A DNA stretch of 64,000 bases, from the NCBI GenBank assembly GCA_051313645.2, contig JBNRSN020000004.1, forward strand, positions 336,784,001-336,848,000. The letters run 5' to 3'. Within the stretch, counting starts at the first letter, position 1. Every line of letters starts with the position of its first letter. Under the pieces are notes generated by a model that saw only the letters and a program-made list of their open reading frames with translations, did no database searches and was not told the origin of the DNA. Shown piece after piece: positions 12,020-24,631 of this stretch. Made by a program: the position numbers and the translations under genes. The DNA is from Centroscyllium fabricii (taxonomy: Eukaryota).

Positions 12020-12907
12020 ATGTACTGGAGAGGGTACAGAAGAGATTGACTAGAATGGTACCAGGGATGAACGATTTCAGTGATGTGGAGAGACTGGAGA
12101 AGCTGGGATTGTTCTCCTTAGAGTAGAGATGGTTAAGGGATGATTTAATAGAGGTGTTCAAAATATATGGGATTTTGATACAGTAAATAGGGAGAAACTG
12201 TTTCTACTGGAAGGAGGGTCAGTAACTAAAGGACACAGTGTAAGATAATTAGCAAAAGAATCAGATAAGTAGAAATAGTTTTACACAGCAAGTTGTGATG
12301 ATCTGGAATACGCTGCCTGAACGGGCAAAGGAAGCAGATTCAATAGTAACTTTCCAAAGGGAATTGAATACATACCTGAAGTGGAAAACATTGCAGGGTT
12401 ATGGGGAAACATAGAAACATAGAAACATAGAAACTAGGAGCAGGAGTAGGCCATTCGGCCCTTCAAGCCTGCTCCGCCATTCAATGAGATCATGGCTGAT
12501 CATCCAAACCCAGTACCCCGCCCCTGCCCTCTCCCCATATCCCTATCGAGCCTGCACCGACACACATCCCACCCTATCTCCATAACCCCACATATTTAAT
12601 CCCCCTAACACTAAGGGTCAATTTATCCTGGCCAATCAACCTAACCTGCACATCTTTGGACTGTGGGAGGAAACCGGAGCACCCGAAGGAAACCCACGCA
12701 GACACGGGGAGAATGTACAAACTCCATACAGATAGTCACCCGAGGCTGGATTTGAACCCGGGTCTCCAGTGCTGTGAGACAACAGTGCTAACGACTGTGC
12801 CACCGTGCCGAAAGAGCAGGGAAGTGGGACTAATTGTATGGCCCTTTCAAAGAGCCGGCACAGGCATGATGGGGTGAATGGCCTCTTTCAGTGCTATATG
12901 ATTCTGT
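12020..12907 (+). mobile_element. Degenerate CR1 LINE 3' fragment interrupted by a SINE
   Basis: LERVQKRLTRMVPG...ERLEKLGLFSLE; CR1 3' UTR resumes after 12810. Confidence 0.8.
12409..12810 (-). mobile_element. HE1-type tRNA-derived V-SINE
   Basis: Minus strand shows A/B boxes, V-domain (GTGGAGTTTG..ATTCTCCCCGTGTCTGCGTGGGTTTCC), CR1-derived tail and (TTTCTATG)n end. Confidence 0.88.
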
Positions 12908-13363
12908 GAGCACTTGACACCATCCTTTGCAGTAGCTGGATATTGAACTTCATATTAACTTGCTATCTGTTGCTCAGACAGTAATTACTTTTATCTGGCA
13001 GACAATAATGTGATCTGAAACTTTCTGAAAGTGGAACAATCTGTAACCTCATGGCCTGGCATATTCTTCACACTACCATTACCATCAAGCCAGGGAACCA
13101 ACTCTGGTTCAATGAAGAGCATAGAAGAGCATGCACTGGGTGTACAAAGGACTTCTGTTATGTGGAGAGACTGGAGAAGCTGGGATTGTTCTCCTTAGAG
13201 TAGAGATGGTTAAGGGAAGATTTAATGGTGGTGTTCACAAATATATGGGGTTTTGATCGAGTAAATAGGGAGAAACTGTTCCACTGGAAGGAGAATCAGT
13301 AACCAAAGGACACAGGCGCCAACCTGGTGAAGCTACAATAGAGGACTACTTCAATTCCCTTTT

Positions 13364-13686
13364 GGGCGGCACGGTGGCATAGTGGTTAGCACTGTTGCCT
13401 CACAGTGCCAGGGGCCCGGGTTCAAATCCGGCCTCGGGTGACTATCTGTGTGGAGTTTGCACATTCTCCCCGTGTCTGCGTGGGTTTCCTCTGGGTGCTC
13501 CGGTTTCCTCCCACAGTCCAAAGATGTGCGGGTTAGGTTGATTGGCCAGGATAAATTGACCCTTAGTGTTAGGGGGATTAAATATGTGGGGTTACGGGGA
13601 TAGGGTGGGATATGTGTCGGTGCAGGCTCGATGGGCCGAAATGGCCTCTATCTGCACTGTAGGGATTCTATGATTCTATGATTCTA
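13364..13686 (+). mobile_element. HE1-type V-SINE, short-tail variant
   Basis: tRNA head, V-domain, (ATTCTATG)n tail. Confidence 0.85.
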
Positions 13687-13946
13687 CATGCATGCTAAAC
13701 AGCGGAATCAGCATGCTATAGACAGAGCTGAGTGATCCCACAACCAATGGATCAGATTAAAGCTCTACAGTCCTGCCACATCCAGTCATGAATGGTGGCA
13801 GACAATTAAACAACGAACGAGAGGAAAAGGCTCCATGAGCAACTCCATCCTCAATGATGGTGGAGCCCAGCACCTGATTGCAAAAGACAAGGCTGAAGCA
13901 TTTGCAACCATCTTCAGCCAGAAGTGTTGAGTGGATGATTCATCTC

Positions 13947-15015
13947 TGTAAACCTTTCTCTTACTGCAGTTCGAACTTCGTGAATTACGAATAAGCGTCA
14001 CAATTACAGACAAGTATGTGATCAATAAAATTGGTCTTTATTCACACTATAGTTCAAAATTCAAGTGTACAATGGCAATATGTGCCCACTTTACCCATAC
14101 ATAAAAGTATTTCCCAGAAATTTACACACTACCTCTGGGCGATTTATATTCCAAATCAACCATACATAAAAGTACCCCTTTTAACAATACCTAAGCTCTA
14201 TGTGTGAATTTGATACATACTGCTTTATCTCTGGGTGATCAGTCCAGGGAGAGCCGTAAGTCAAAACATAGACTGGCCAGCTTTCTCTGTTCACAGAAAC
14301 ATAGAAGATAAGAGCAGGAGTAGGCCATTCGGCCCCTTGAGCCTGCTCCGCCATTTAATGAGATCATGGCTGATCATCCAAATTCAGTACCCTGTCCCTG
14401 CTTTCTCCCCATATCCCTTGATCACTTTAGCCTTAACAAATATATCTAACTCCTTCTTGAATATATTTCATGAATTGGCCTCAACTGCCTTCTGTGGTAG
14501 TGAATTCCACAGGTTCACCACTCTCTGGGTGAAGAAATTCCTCCTCATCTCTGTCCTAAATGGCTTACCCCTTATCCTTAGACTGTGACCCCTGGTTCTG
14601 GACTCCCCCATCTGTCTGTCTGTTCTTCCATTCTGTCTTCTGTGTTTCTTCTGTGTTCTGAATTTCCCGACCCTGGGTCACTCTTTATAGCGCCTTTCTG
14701 CCAGTCCCACTCGTATATCACTGTCTGCCTCCCTCTGATAGGTCAGTTTCACTCCAAACCTTCTCTGATTGGAGTTTCTTCCGCATGACATGTTCATGTT
14801 CCTGTGAGGTGTGTGGGGGCAAGACTTCCTTGTCAGCCATGTTCCTTCCTGTCCATATGGCCTTTCAAACAAAGGACCATATGCTGACCACCAGGTAAAG
14901 GACCCCCTGCTGACTTCCGCCATTTTGAATCCGTCTGTAACCATTTCACGTTTCATTCTGAACTTCGATCTCCACACGTTAGCAGCGGTTTTATTCCAAT
15001 TTTTAGAATCTTACA
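13947..15015 (-). mobile_element. Solo LTR (about 750 bp without the nested CR1), ERV- or Gypsy-type
   Basis: TGTAA...TTACA termini; 4-bp TSD TCTC (13943-13946, 15016-15019); TATAAA at about 14688 and AATAAA at about 14040 on the minus strand. Confidence 0.75.
14296..14610 (-). mobile_element. CR1 (HER1-type) 3' fragment nested in the solo LTR
   Basis: Reverse complement matches 40323-40637. Confidence 0.85.
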
Positions 15016-15642
15016 TCTCGTCCTCCTCCTGAGGTCCCCACCATCATCGAAGCCAGTCTTCAGCCAATTCGATTCACTTCATGTGTTATCAGGAAATGGC
15101 TGAGCTCACTAGGTACAGCAAAAGCTATAGTCCCTGACAACATCCTGGCTGTCGTGCTGAGAACTTGTGCTCCAGATCTAGCTGCACCTCTAGCCAAGCT
15201 TTTCCAGTACACCTGCAACACTGACATCTACCTGACAAAGTGAAAAATTGCCCAGGTATGACATGTTGACAAAAAGCAGGAAAAGTTCAATCCAATCAAT
15301 TAGCTCCCCATCATTCTACTCTCAATCATCAGCAATGTGATGGAAGGTGTCATCAACAGTGCTATCAAGTGACACTTACTCACCAATAACCTGCTCACCG
15401 ATGCTCAGTTTGGTTCCGCCAGGATCACTCGGTTCCAGGCCTTGTTCCAAACATGGACAAAATAGCTGAATTCCAGAGTTGAGGTGAGAGTGACTACCCT
15501 TGATATCAAGGCAGCATTTAACTGATTGTGGCATCAAGGAGCACTAGTAAAATTGAAGTAAATTCAAATTGGGGCAAACTCTTCACTCGCTGGAGTCATA
15601 CCTAGTACAAAGGAAGATGGTTGTGGTAGTTGACGGTCAATC

Positions 15643-15806
15643 ATTCAATTCAATTCAATTCAAGTTTTATTGTCATTGCAGAGTACTAGTACAATAACAC
15701 GAGACGAAGACTCGACGCTCCCGAGAGTAGTGCAAATAAATTACATGCAAATTGCATACAGTAAAGTACATTATCAGGTGTGCAGGTACCGGAGTTTATT
15801 TACATA
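15643..15806 (-). mobile_element. Short LINE 3' tail ending in (TTGAA)n
   Basis: Minus strand AATAAAACTTGAATTGAATTGAAT; interrupts the RT coding remnant. Confidence 0.5.
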
Positions 15807-17601
15807 TTCTCAGATGTAGAACATCGCTGCAGGAGTTCCTCAGGGCAGTGTCCTAGGCCCATCCATCTTCAGCTGCTCCACCAATGACCTTCCGTCCATC
15901 ATAAGGTCAGAAGTGGGGATGTTGATGATTGCACAGTGTTCAGTTCCATTTGAAACTCCTCAGATAATGAAACAATTCATGCCCCCATGCAACAAAACCT
16001 GGACGACATTCAGGCTTGGGCTGATAAGTGGCAGATAATATTCACATCGCACAAGTGTCAGGCAATGGCCATCTCCAACAAGAGAGAGTCTAACCACCTC
16101 CACTTGAAATTCAATGGCATTACTGTCACTGAATCCCCACCATCAACATCTTGGGAGTCACCATTTGACCAGAAACTTAACTGGATCCACTATATAAATG
16201 CTGTAGCTACAAAAGCATGTCAGATGTTGGATAATTTGCAGCAAATCACTCACCTTCTGACTCCCCAAAGCCTTTCCACCATCTACAAGGTACAAGTCAG
16301 TACTGTGACGGAATACTCTCCACCTCCCTAGATGAGTGCGGCGCCAACAGCACTCAAGAAGTTCGACACCATCTGGGACAAAGCAGCCCACTTGATTGGC
16401 ACCCCATCCACCACCTTAAACATTCACTCACATTGTGTGAATGAGAAACAAATACTGAAATCATCTGGAGCTAAATGACCCTTGAAATCTTTTTAAATGG
16501 ACCCTTTTTGTTTGTCCTTTGCCACCTGTTTGAATGCTGACGTTTAATTGAAATTTGGCATGCTCGTGTTTAATATGCAGTTGCTTCCTTGGCTTAACAT
16601 TCACCTTGCAGTTTATTTTACAGCCACATCATGTTTTTTCCTTTCCTTTTACTCCTTCCATGATTACTCAACGTGACATCATTCACTGCTAAGACAAATG
16701 AGAAAGGTTTCACTGCCTTACTTGCATGTTTTAATATGGTAATAGGTCAGTCTGATGAGGAGCACAGTGGAATTAATGGTACAGATTCCATGTTTAATTT
16801 TGACAGAATTGCTCCTCCATTACACTTCAATAGGGCATTCTGGAGTGGGTATAGGTTATTGATTTCAAAGTTTCAATGCTTTGATATTAGTAGTGGGTTT
16901 TGATCCAACGTTCTTGGACAAGCAAGAGTTCCAGCTGAATATCCCAGTCTTGAAAGAACCGCCATTCACAGAAAAATGACATGCCAGATTAGCAAGGCTG
17001 CTGGATTAAAAGGCAGCTCGGTATGGCAGCAGTTTGAAGACACATCTTGTTCCATTTTGATGAGTCTAAATCGCAGTCACGTCAGTAACCATTATGGGTA
17101 ATGACTTTTGCCGCTTGTCAGTTGGATTTCTATGCAGAGTTTTGTACCATGAGGGGGGAAAAATTCTCCAGCTGTTCCTTCTCATGGTTAATGTGACTTT
17201 TTCCTGGCAAAAACGTCCAAATTGTAAAGCATTGTGGCGACACGCCCACCAGGACCATCGCATCCGCCTTGGGAGTACTGCGAGACGGCCCCGCCCGCTG
17301 GGCGGCGTGATGACATCACCGCGACTTCCGGCGTGATGACGTCGCCAGGTGGACACCCGGCAGTGACGTCACCGACCTTTAAATACCGTGGTTCCAGGTG
17401 GCTCAGTCTCTTTTCGCCACCTGGCCTTAGCTGTGTTAGTAATAAATGATAACTTTCCGAATCTTCTGTGTCCAGTGTGGTTCTTCAGCCCTGCATGCCT
17501 CTACAGTGGTGACCTCGATACTTGGAACGAATTCCAAGGGAACAATGAAGCAGTCGCTGCAGGACTGAGGGCCAAGCTGCCTCAGTCGAATCGCAACCAC
17601 C

Positions 17602-20600
17602 ATGCCAGCAGGGATCGAAACAGCACGCCACCACAGACGGGGCCAGCACTACGGCCAAATCCCAAACTTACCTGAGTTCTGGGAACTCCGTCCAGCGGCC
17701 TGGTTCCTCAACACGGAGAACACCTACCGCATCTATGGCGTGCAGGGGGACGACCGTTACAGCCTGCTCTTCGCGGCCCTTTCGCAGCCCACGATCGACC
17801 GAATGTGGGCATCAATCCAGCAAGAACCAACTGCTGGCAGGTACGAAACGCTTAAGGCCGCGCTGCTAGAAAAATTTACCCCCACCCAATTTGAGCGCGA
17901 CTGCCAGCTCATCAACCTCCCCGATCTCAGGGACGCAGATCCATCGGACCTTTGGGCCCAATTTGAAGCGCTTAATTGCGACCCGGCCACCATTAAGCGC
18001 GCCTTGTTCCTCCTTAAACTACCCCCCTCCGTCAGACCGGCTCTGACGGTCCATGAGCACTATACCAAGGAGCAACTGGCTCAGGAGGCCGACAAGTTGA
18101 TGAGGGCCGAGCGCACCCGAGCCTCCACGCGCCAAACCACTGCCGCCCCACCGGAGCAGTACTACGCGCACCCCAGGCCCGGCCACAGGTCCCAACCCAG
18201 AGCGGTGCGGACCCACAAAAAGCCACGCACCACAGGCCCCGGCTGGTGCTACTACCACACCAGGTTCGAAGCCAAAGCGCAGCGCTGCGTCCAGCCCTGC
18301 ACCTTCAAACCCCAAACCAGCCCAAGCCCCACCATGTCCGTAGGCCGCTCTGGAGCACTGCTCTTCGTCACGGACAGTGGCTCAGGCCTCCGCTTCCTCT
18401 GCGACACAGGCGCGCAGCACAGCATCGTGCCAGCCTCCCCCGCAGAAACCAAGCAAGGCACCCAAGGCCCACCACTTGAAGCCGCAAACGGCTCCGAGAT
18501 AGTTACGTTCGGCACCCGCCAGCTTACCATCAAGCTAGCAGGCCACACGTACAAGTGGGACTTCATCACAGCACAAGTCAAAATACCCCTACTCGGGGCC
18601 GACTTTCTGTGCGCCCACGGCCTACTGGTCGACGTTACCCGACGCTGCCTGGTCGACATCCACAACATGTCGACCATCCCATGCTCCACAAGGCCGGCAC
18701 ACCAGACCCACGCAGCGTCCCACTGCCGAGCCCGGAACTCCGACACGTACGCCACACTGCTCGCAGAGTTCCCAGCCCTAACCAACCCCACCTTCACAGC
18801 CCGCACGGCCAAGCACGGGGTGGAGCACCACATCACCACCACAGGCCCCCCAGTCCATGCCCACGCACGCAGGCTGGACCCGGCCAAGCTGGAGATCGCG
18901 CGTGCCGAGTTCCACATCATGGAACAACTCGGCATAATCCGCCGCTCCAGCAGCCCCTGGGCCTCTCCCCTCCACATCGCCCCCAAACCCGGCGGTGGCT
19001 GGCGCCCCTGCGGCGACTACCGCCGCCTCAACAACGCCACCACCCCAGACAGGTACCCCATCCCCAACATCCAAGATTTCTCATCAAGGCCGGCTGCACG
19101 GTCTTTTCCAAGATCGACCTGGTACGGGGCTACCACCAGGTACCTGTGCACCCGGCGGACGTCCCTAAGACAGCCGTCATTACCCCATTTGGCTTATTTG
19201 AATTCCTCCGAATGCCCTTCGGACTCAAAAACGTGGCCCAGGCCTTCCAGCGCCTCATGGACTCAGTCCTACGGGACTTGCAGTTCACGTTCGTCTATCT
19301 CGACGACATCCTCGTGGCCAGCACCTCCCCCCAGGAACACCTCCTCTATCTCAGGGCCCTTTTTAACCGCCTGGCCGAACACAGCCTTATATTAAGCCCC
19401 TCCAAATGTCGATTCGGCCTCGAGACGATCGACTTCCTTGGCCACCACATCTCCCAGACCGGGGCCATACCCCTGCCCTCCAAGGTGCAGGCGGTCCAGG
19501 AATTCCCCCGCCCGCACTCCATCAAGGGGCTGCAGGAATTCCTTGGGATGGTTAATTTCTACAACCGCTTCATCCCAGGAGCAGCCGCTCTCATGGCCCC
19601 CCTCTACCACGCCACCCGCGGCCAGTCCAACAAGGCTGCGGTAGAGTGGACGGCCGAAGCCTCCACCGCAACCAAAACCGCGCTGGCCAATGCCACGCTC
19701 CTCAGCCACCCTAGGCCCAACGCCAGAGTAGCCCTCACCACCGACGCCTCCGACCGCGCTGTCGGAGCAGTCTTTGAGCAGTGGACAGGCGACTCCTGGC
19801 AACCCCTGGCCTTTTTCAGCCGACAACTCCGGCCCCCGGAGGTCAAGTACAGCGCCTTCGATAGGGAGCTACTCGCTCTCTACCTCGCAGTGCGCCACTT
19901 CCGCTTCCTCCTAGAGGGCCGCCACTTTACAGCCTTCGTGGATCACAAGCCACTTGTGTCTGCAATGGCTAAGATCTCTGAACCCTGGTCAGCCAGGCAG
20001 CAGCGCCAGCTCGCGGTTGTGTCGGAATTCACTACCGACATACAACACATCGCCGGCCGCGACAACGTGGTCGCTGACTGCCTCTCACGCCCCACCATCA
20101 CCTCCGTTCAAACGGCCGTCGACTACACCAAAATGGCGGCCGACCAACTAACCGACCCCGATCTGCTCGACCCAGCTACCAACCTCCCCGGCCTGCTCTT
20201 GGCCACCGTAGCACACGGGCACACAGCCACGGAGGTCCGCTGCGACGTCTCCCTCCCGCAGCCCAGACCCGTCGTCCCCCACGCATGGAGGCGACACATC
20301 TTCCAGACCCTCCATGACCTGTCCCACCCCGGTGTCCGCGCGTCCACAAAGCTCATCTCTGCGCGATTCATTTGGCGCGGCCTGCGCAAGGATGTCCGCG
20401 CCTGGACCAACTCCTGCAATGCCTGCCAGCACGCCAAGGTGCACAAGCACATCAAGGCACCGCTGGAAACGATCGCCATCCCAGCTAGAGGCTTCAGCCA
20501 CGTCCACATCGACCTGGTCGGACCACTACCACCATCACGTGGACATACACATATCATGACTATGGTCGACCGCCGCACCCGCTGGCCAGAAGCTGTCCCC

Positions 20601-21338
20601 CTCACCGCTACCACCACCGCGGACCTGGCCAGGGCCTTCATTGCCACCTGGTTCGCACGTTTTGGCGTCCCCACCGACATCACATCAGACAGGGGCCCCC
20701 AATTTACCTCAACCCTATGGGCAACCATCGCCCACGACCTCGGGGCAATCCTGCACCGAACCACCGCCTACCACCCACAGGCCAATGGCCTCTGCGAACA
20801 TTTCCACTGCTCCTTCAAAGCTTCCTTGCGGGCCAGCCTCAAAGACGCGACCTGGACCGACTGCCTGCCCTGGGTAATGCTCGGCCTGCGTTCAGCGGCC
20901 AAGGAAGACCTGCACGCCTCAGCGGCGGAACTGGTCTATGGCCAACCCCTAACCGTGCCAGGCGAGTTCGTGGCAGAAACAAACGCCCCCTGGTCAGCCA
21001 AATGCTGCCTCAAAGACTTTAACAACCAGGCAGTGGCGTTCAAACCACTTCCGGTGGCCCGGCACAGAGAGCCGGCAGCACGTGTTCCAGACACCATCCA
21101 GAATGCCAAGTATGTGTTTGTCCGCCACGACGCACATCGAACACCACAACAGCCACCGTACGACGGACCGTGCAGAGTGCTTCGGGCGGGACCTAAAACA
21201 TTCCAGATTAAAATGGGCAACAGAGCTGAGACTGTCTCAATCGACCGGCTCAAACCGGCACACGTAATGGCGGGTGAGACAACAGTCCCCGCGCAGCCAC
21301 CAAAGCGCGGACGCCCTACCGCACCAAAGCCCGCCCAC
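17602..21338 (+). pseudogene. gag-pol: gag-pol with a frameshift near 19088 and a MITE in the 3' end
   Basis: Frame 1: [25 protein letters not shown]-terminus to IQDF. Frame 2: FSKIDL, YLDD, RNase H, integrase HHCC/DDE, PYDGP. Confidence 0.9.
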
Positions 21339-21737
21339 CAGGGCCGGCTCAAGGTATTTGGGGGCCCCAAACAAGGTATTTTGGGGGCCCCAAACAAGGT
21401 ATTTGGGGGCCCCAAACAAGGTATTTTGGGGGCCCCAAACAAGGTATTTTGGGGGCCCCAAACAAGGTATTTTGGGGGCCCTTTCTGTTTGTGTCTGTAG
21501 ATATGTGTGCACAAGCACAAGGGGGGCTTCTTCTGCCGGCACTAAAACCTACTGTACCCAGTATATAATTATGCACCAGTTATGTACCAGTACATTGTGC
21601 ACAATATTGTGCAGGGGCAATGTATGTCTATCATGGGCTATAATTTAAGAATGAAAACACTTAGGCCTATGAGGGGCCCTCTCAAATCGGGGGCCCTAAA
21701 CAAATGTTTACATCGTTTATATGGTAGGGCCGCCCTG
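21339..21737. mobile_element. hAT-superfamily MITE (399 bp)
   Basis: 8-bp TSD CCGCCCAC (21331-21338, 21738-21745); TIR CAGGGCCGGCTC / GGGCCGCCCTG. Confidence 0.88.
21351..21481. repeat. 22-23-bp tandem repeat, about 5.8 copies
   Basis: Unit AAGGTATTT(T)GGGGGCCCCAAAC with a quasi-palindromic core. Confidence 0.95.
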
Positions 21738-22539
21738 CCGCCCACACTCCAACGCAGAACAAGGAGCAGCGCACGACACGTGCTGGCCGCATCATCAGGC
21801 CACCTCAATGCCTTGCCTGAGACGACACGTGCGGGCCGCATCATCAGGCCACCTCAACACCCCGCCTGAGACTCAACTTTTTATTCTCCATTTTTTTATT
21901 TTACTTTATGCTCCTTTCTCCTCTAACTCGAACTCCGCTCTCCCTCACGGATTCTGGGGGGGAGCTGTGTGGCGACACGCCCACCAGGACCATCGAATCC
22001 GCCTCGGGAGTACTGCGAGATGGCCCCGCCCGCCGGGCGGCGTGATGACGTCACCGCGACTTCCGGCATGATGACATCACCAGGTGGACACCCGGCAGTG
22101 ACGTCACCAACCGCGGGACCTTTAAATATCGTGGTTCCAGGTGGCTCAGTCTCTTTTCGCCACCTGGCCTTAGCTGTGTTAGTAATAAATGATAACTTTC
22201 CGAATCTTCTGTGTCCAGTGTGGTTCTTCAGCCCTGCATGCCTCTACAGCATACTTGGTTAAAGAAATGATATACACTGGTGAAAAATCTACAGGGGTAG
22301 GGGCCAAATGTGGAGAAATTACTGCGAGATTCATAAAAGTTAAGATTCAATTTATTCGTTTGGTGGTTGAAAATTGGGATAGTCATTAATACATAATAAT
22401 ATGCAGCTAGCAGTGTAAAATGTCTTCCATTTGTTCAATGAATTAGCCATGAGCGTTTTGCAAGTAAAGGCATAAGTGATTTTGTTTTAATCAGCTGCTT
22501 TCAGCCTCTGAGTGGTCCAGTGTAGAGCACATTGTGTAG

Positions 22540-22985
22540 CTGGATTCATTCAAGTGCAGGATGTCCTGCACAATCAGATCTGGCACCCTACATAATCCTG
22601 CATAATCTACATGAATGGCCAGCAATTTGACTACCTGAATATGCAAATTGTGCTCAATTCACAGATCCTTCTAATATTGTTCACTGCCAAATCCCAGGAA
22701 TCACACATTCATCTAGCAGTGCTCTGTAAATGTCTGGCTGTGTCCAAGGATTTGACGGGATCTCCACTGAAACAGCCCAGAACCCATAAACAGAGGCTGA
22801 AAGGCGCAACAAATAAGTAGACAAAAGCATGTAATTTCTTGTAGAGCGTGCTTTTGGAATGCTGAAACAGAGATTGAAGTGCTTGTGCATATATGGTTGT
22901 GGTTTACAGTATGATCTCCCCCCAAAAAACATAAAGCCTCCAAGTTTTTCTCTGCTGGTTGCACATTGCTCAGTCTGGTTTTATG
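22540..22985 (+). pseudogene. Degenerate Harbinger/HARBI1-like DDE transposase C-terminus
   Basis: From 22841 translates as VERAFGMLKQRLKCL..GCGLQY, matching the Harbinger ERxFGxLKxRFxCL..GGxLQY motif; stops and frameshifts present. Confidence 0.6.
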
Positions 22986-23113
22986 AGAAGTATCTGCAAA
23001 TGGATAAAGAGTGATAGGGCACAAAGCAACCTGAGAGCTACAAATGCCGGGATCATGGCGTTATGAACTGGAATTATCCGACTGAGATCAACTTGCCCTG
23101 CTCGCAACGGGTT

Positions 23114-23514
23114 GGGCAGCACGGTGGCACAGTGGTTAGCACCGTTGTCTCACAGCACTGGAGACCCGGGTTCAAATCCAGCCTCGGGTGACTATCTGTG
23201 TGGAGTTTGCACATTCTCCCCGTGTCTGCGTGGGTTTCCTCCGGGTGCTCCGGTTTCCTCCCACAGTCCAAAGATGTGTGGGTTAGGTTGATTGGCCAGG
23301 ATAAATTGACCCTTAGTGTTAGGGGGATTGAATATGTGGGGGTTACGGGGATAAGGTGGGATATGTGTCGGTGTAGGCTCAATAGGGATCGAGGGATATG
23401 GGGAGAGGGCAGGGGTGGGGTGCTGGGTTTGGATGATCAGCCATGATCTCATGGAATGGCGGAGCAGGCTCGAAGGGCCGAATGGCCTACTCCTGCTCCT
23501 ATCTTCTATGTTTC
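23114..23514 (+). mobile_element. HE1-type V-SINE, full length
   Basis: A box TGGCACAGTGG, B box GGTTCAAATCC, V-domain, CR1-derived tail. Confidence 0.9.
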
Positions 23515-23674
23515 ACGTGGGGAATTTCTGCTGTACATGAAAACATTTCTGCCTCTCTGTTAATTGTCATTTCTTAATATCGCTTGGCATTTATAGTATC
23601 GATGTGACCAAGATTGGCGGGCAAATTCTTCTTGCAAAATTAGTCTGAAATCTGACGAACATAACCTTAATGGA

Positions 23675-23954
23675 TGTGGTAAACCGTTTACCACTAATAC
23701 TGCTGTATTGTACATAGTCTCTGTATTGTATTGTATTGGACATGGTTGCCTCTTGCCCACCTGAGATCTACCTGGGATGCCTCAGCCGGCTCCGCCTCCT
23801 GGCTCCACCCACAGACGGCTGTATAAAGGTGGCAGCCCTGCTGACCTCGTGGCATTCCAGGACCTGATAGTGACAAGACCTGTACTCCAGTTCTTTGCTA
23901 ATAAAAGCTTCAATTGCTTTACTTCTTCGACTCACAGTAATTGATCGTGCATCA
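23675..23954 (+). mobile_element. Solo LTR related to the 47-62 kb Gypsy lineage
   Basis: TGTGGTAA...AATTGATCGTGCATCA; 5-bp TSD ATGGA; TATAAA and AATAAAAGC. Confidence 0.85.
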
Positions 23955-23999
23955 ATGGAGATTATTATTTCAATATAATGGAGCATGTTAATGTTGTAA

Positions 24000-24255
24000 T
24001 GTAGGAAAGCAAGATTTCCAAGCAAAATGAGGGAGCCCACACGGAGGAACGATGAACAACAGGTCTTTTACTTCCAAAATCAATCTCAACACTGAACACA
24101 AAAGCCCGCAAAACACGTGATGACGTCACCGCGTTGTATCACGTGGGTCCGTTTTTCCCGTGCTCTTAAAGGGGAGGTTACATACTATGCTTAAAGGGAA
24201 TTATGCATAAGTGATCTGTATACAGGTATCTACAGTGGGATGTGAACCTGCCACA
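24000..24255 (-). mobile_element. Solo LTR (TGTGGCA...CCTACA family)
   Basis: 4-bp TSD GTAA; similar to 26667-26908. Confidence 0.7.
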
Positions 24256-24441
24256 GTAACACAGTTACAGAAAATTAGCTTCATATTTATTATCATTGAA
24301 TCTTTCTCATTGTGCAAATGCTTCGCTACTGTTAGTGCATAGAACACAGATTTTTGTGTAACAGAATTGTATTGAAAGCTCCTGTAAACAATATTTTATA
24401 ATTCTCTTTTGTTTTCTCTGATTTTGGAGTTTAATTTTTAA

Positions 24442-24631
24442 TCAACACCACTTAAACAGATTACCTGGTCATTATCACATAGCTGTTTGTGGGAGCTTGC
24501 TGTGCACAAATTGGCTGCCACGTTTCCTACATTACAACAGTGACTACATTTTGAAGTATTTTGTTGGCTGTAAAGCACTTTGGGACATCCTGAGGTTGTG
24601 ATGCGTGCTATATAAATGCAAGACTTTCTTT
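24442..24631 (+). mobile_element. Deu-domain SINE 3' portion (AmnSINE1/SacSINE1-like)
   Basis: CTGTTTGTGGGAGCTTGCTGTGCACAAATTGGCTGCC...TACATTACAACAGTGACTACA...CTATATAAATGCAAG, recognised from memory of the consensus. Confidence 0.75.

Larger units (their letters stand above)
13050..16432 (+). pseudogene. Fragmented non-LTR retrotransposon ORF2 (CR1/L2-related), split by at least four insertions
   Basis: RT motifs LDIKAAF (about 15500) and AGVPQGSVLGP (about 15828), AWADKWQ and IYKVQV; many stops and frameshifts. Confidence 0.75.
17233..22248 (+). mobile_element. Full-length CsRn1-clade Ty3/Gypsy retrotransposon
   Basis: LTRs at 17233-17505 and 21968-22248; 4-bp TSD GCAT; PBS TGGTGACCTCGA (tRNA-Trp-like) at 17507; G-rich PPT at about 21956-21964; Gag Cx2Hx9Cx3C motif. 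Confidence 0.93.

Noticed and set aside
19075-19100. Programmed ribosomal frameshift
   Set aside because: It falls inside the RT domain with no slippery heptamer and looks like a small deletion
21351-21481. Short palindromic repeats resembling a CRISPR array
   Set aside because: The units are head-to-tail with no unique spacers, lie inside a hAT MITE, and there are no cas genes in this eukaryotic context
23114-23190. tRNA gene (also at 12740-12810, 13364-13435 and 38805-38877)
   Set aside because: The A/B boxes are SINE heads continuous with the V-domain and LINE tail
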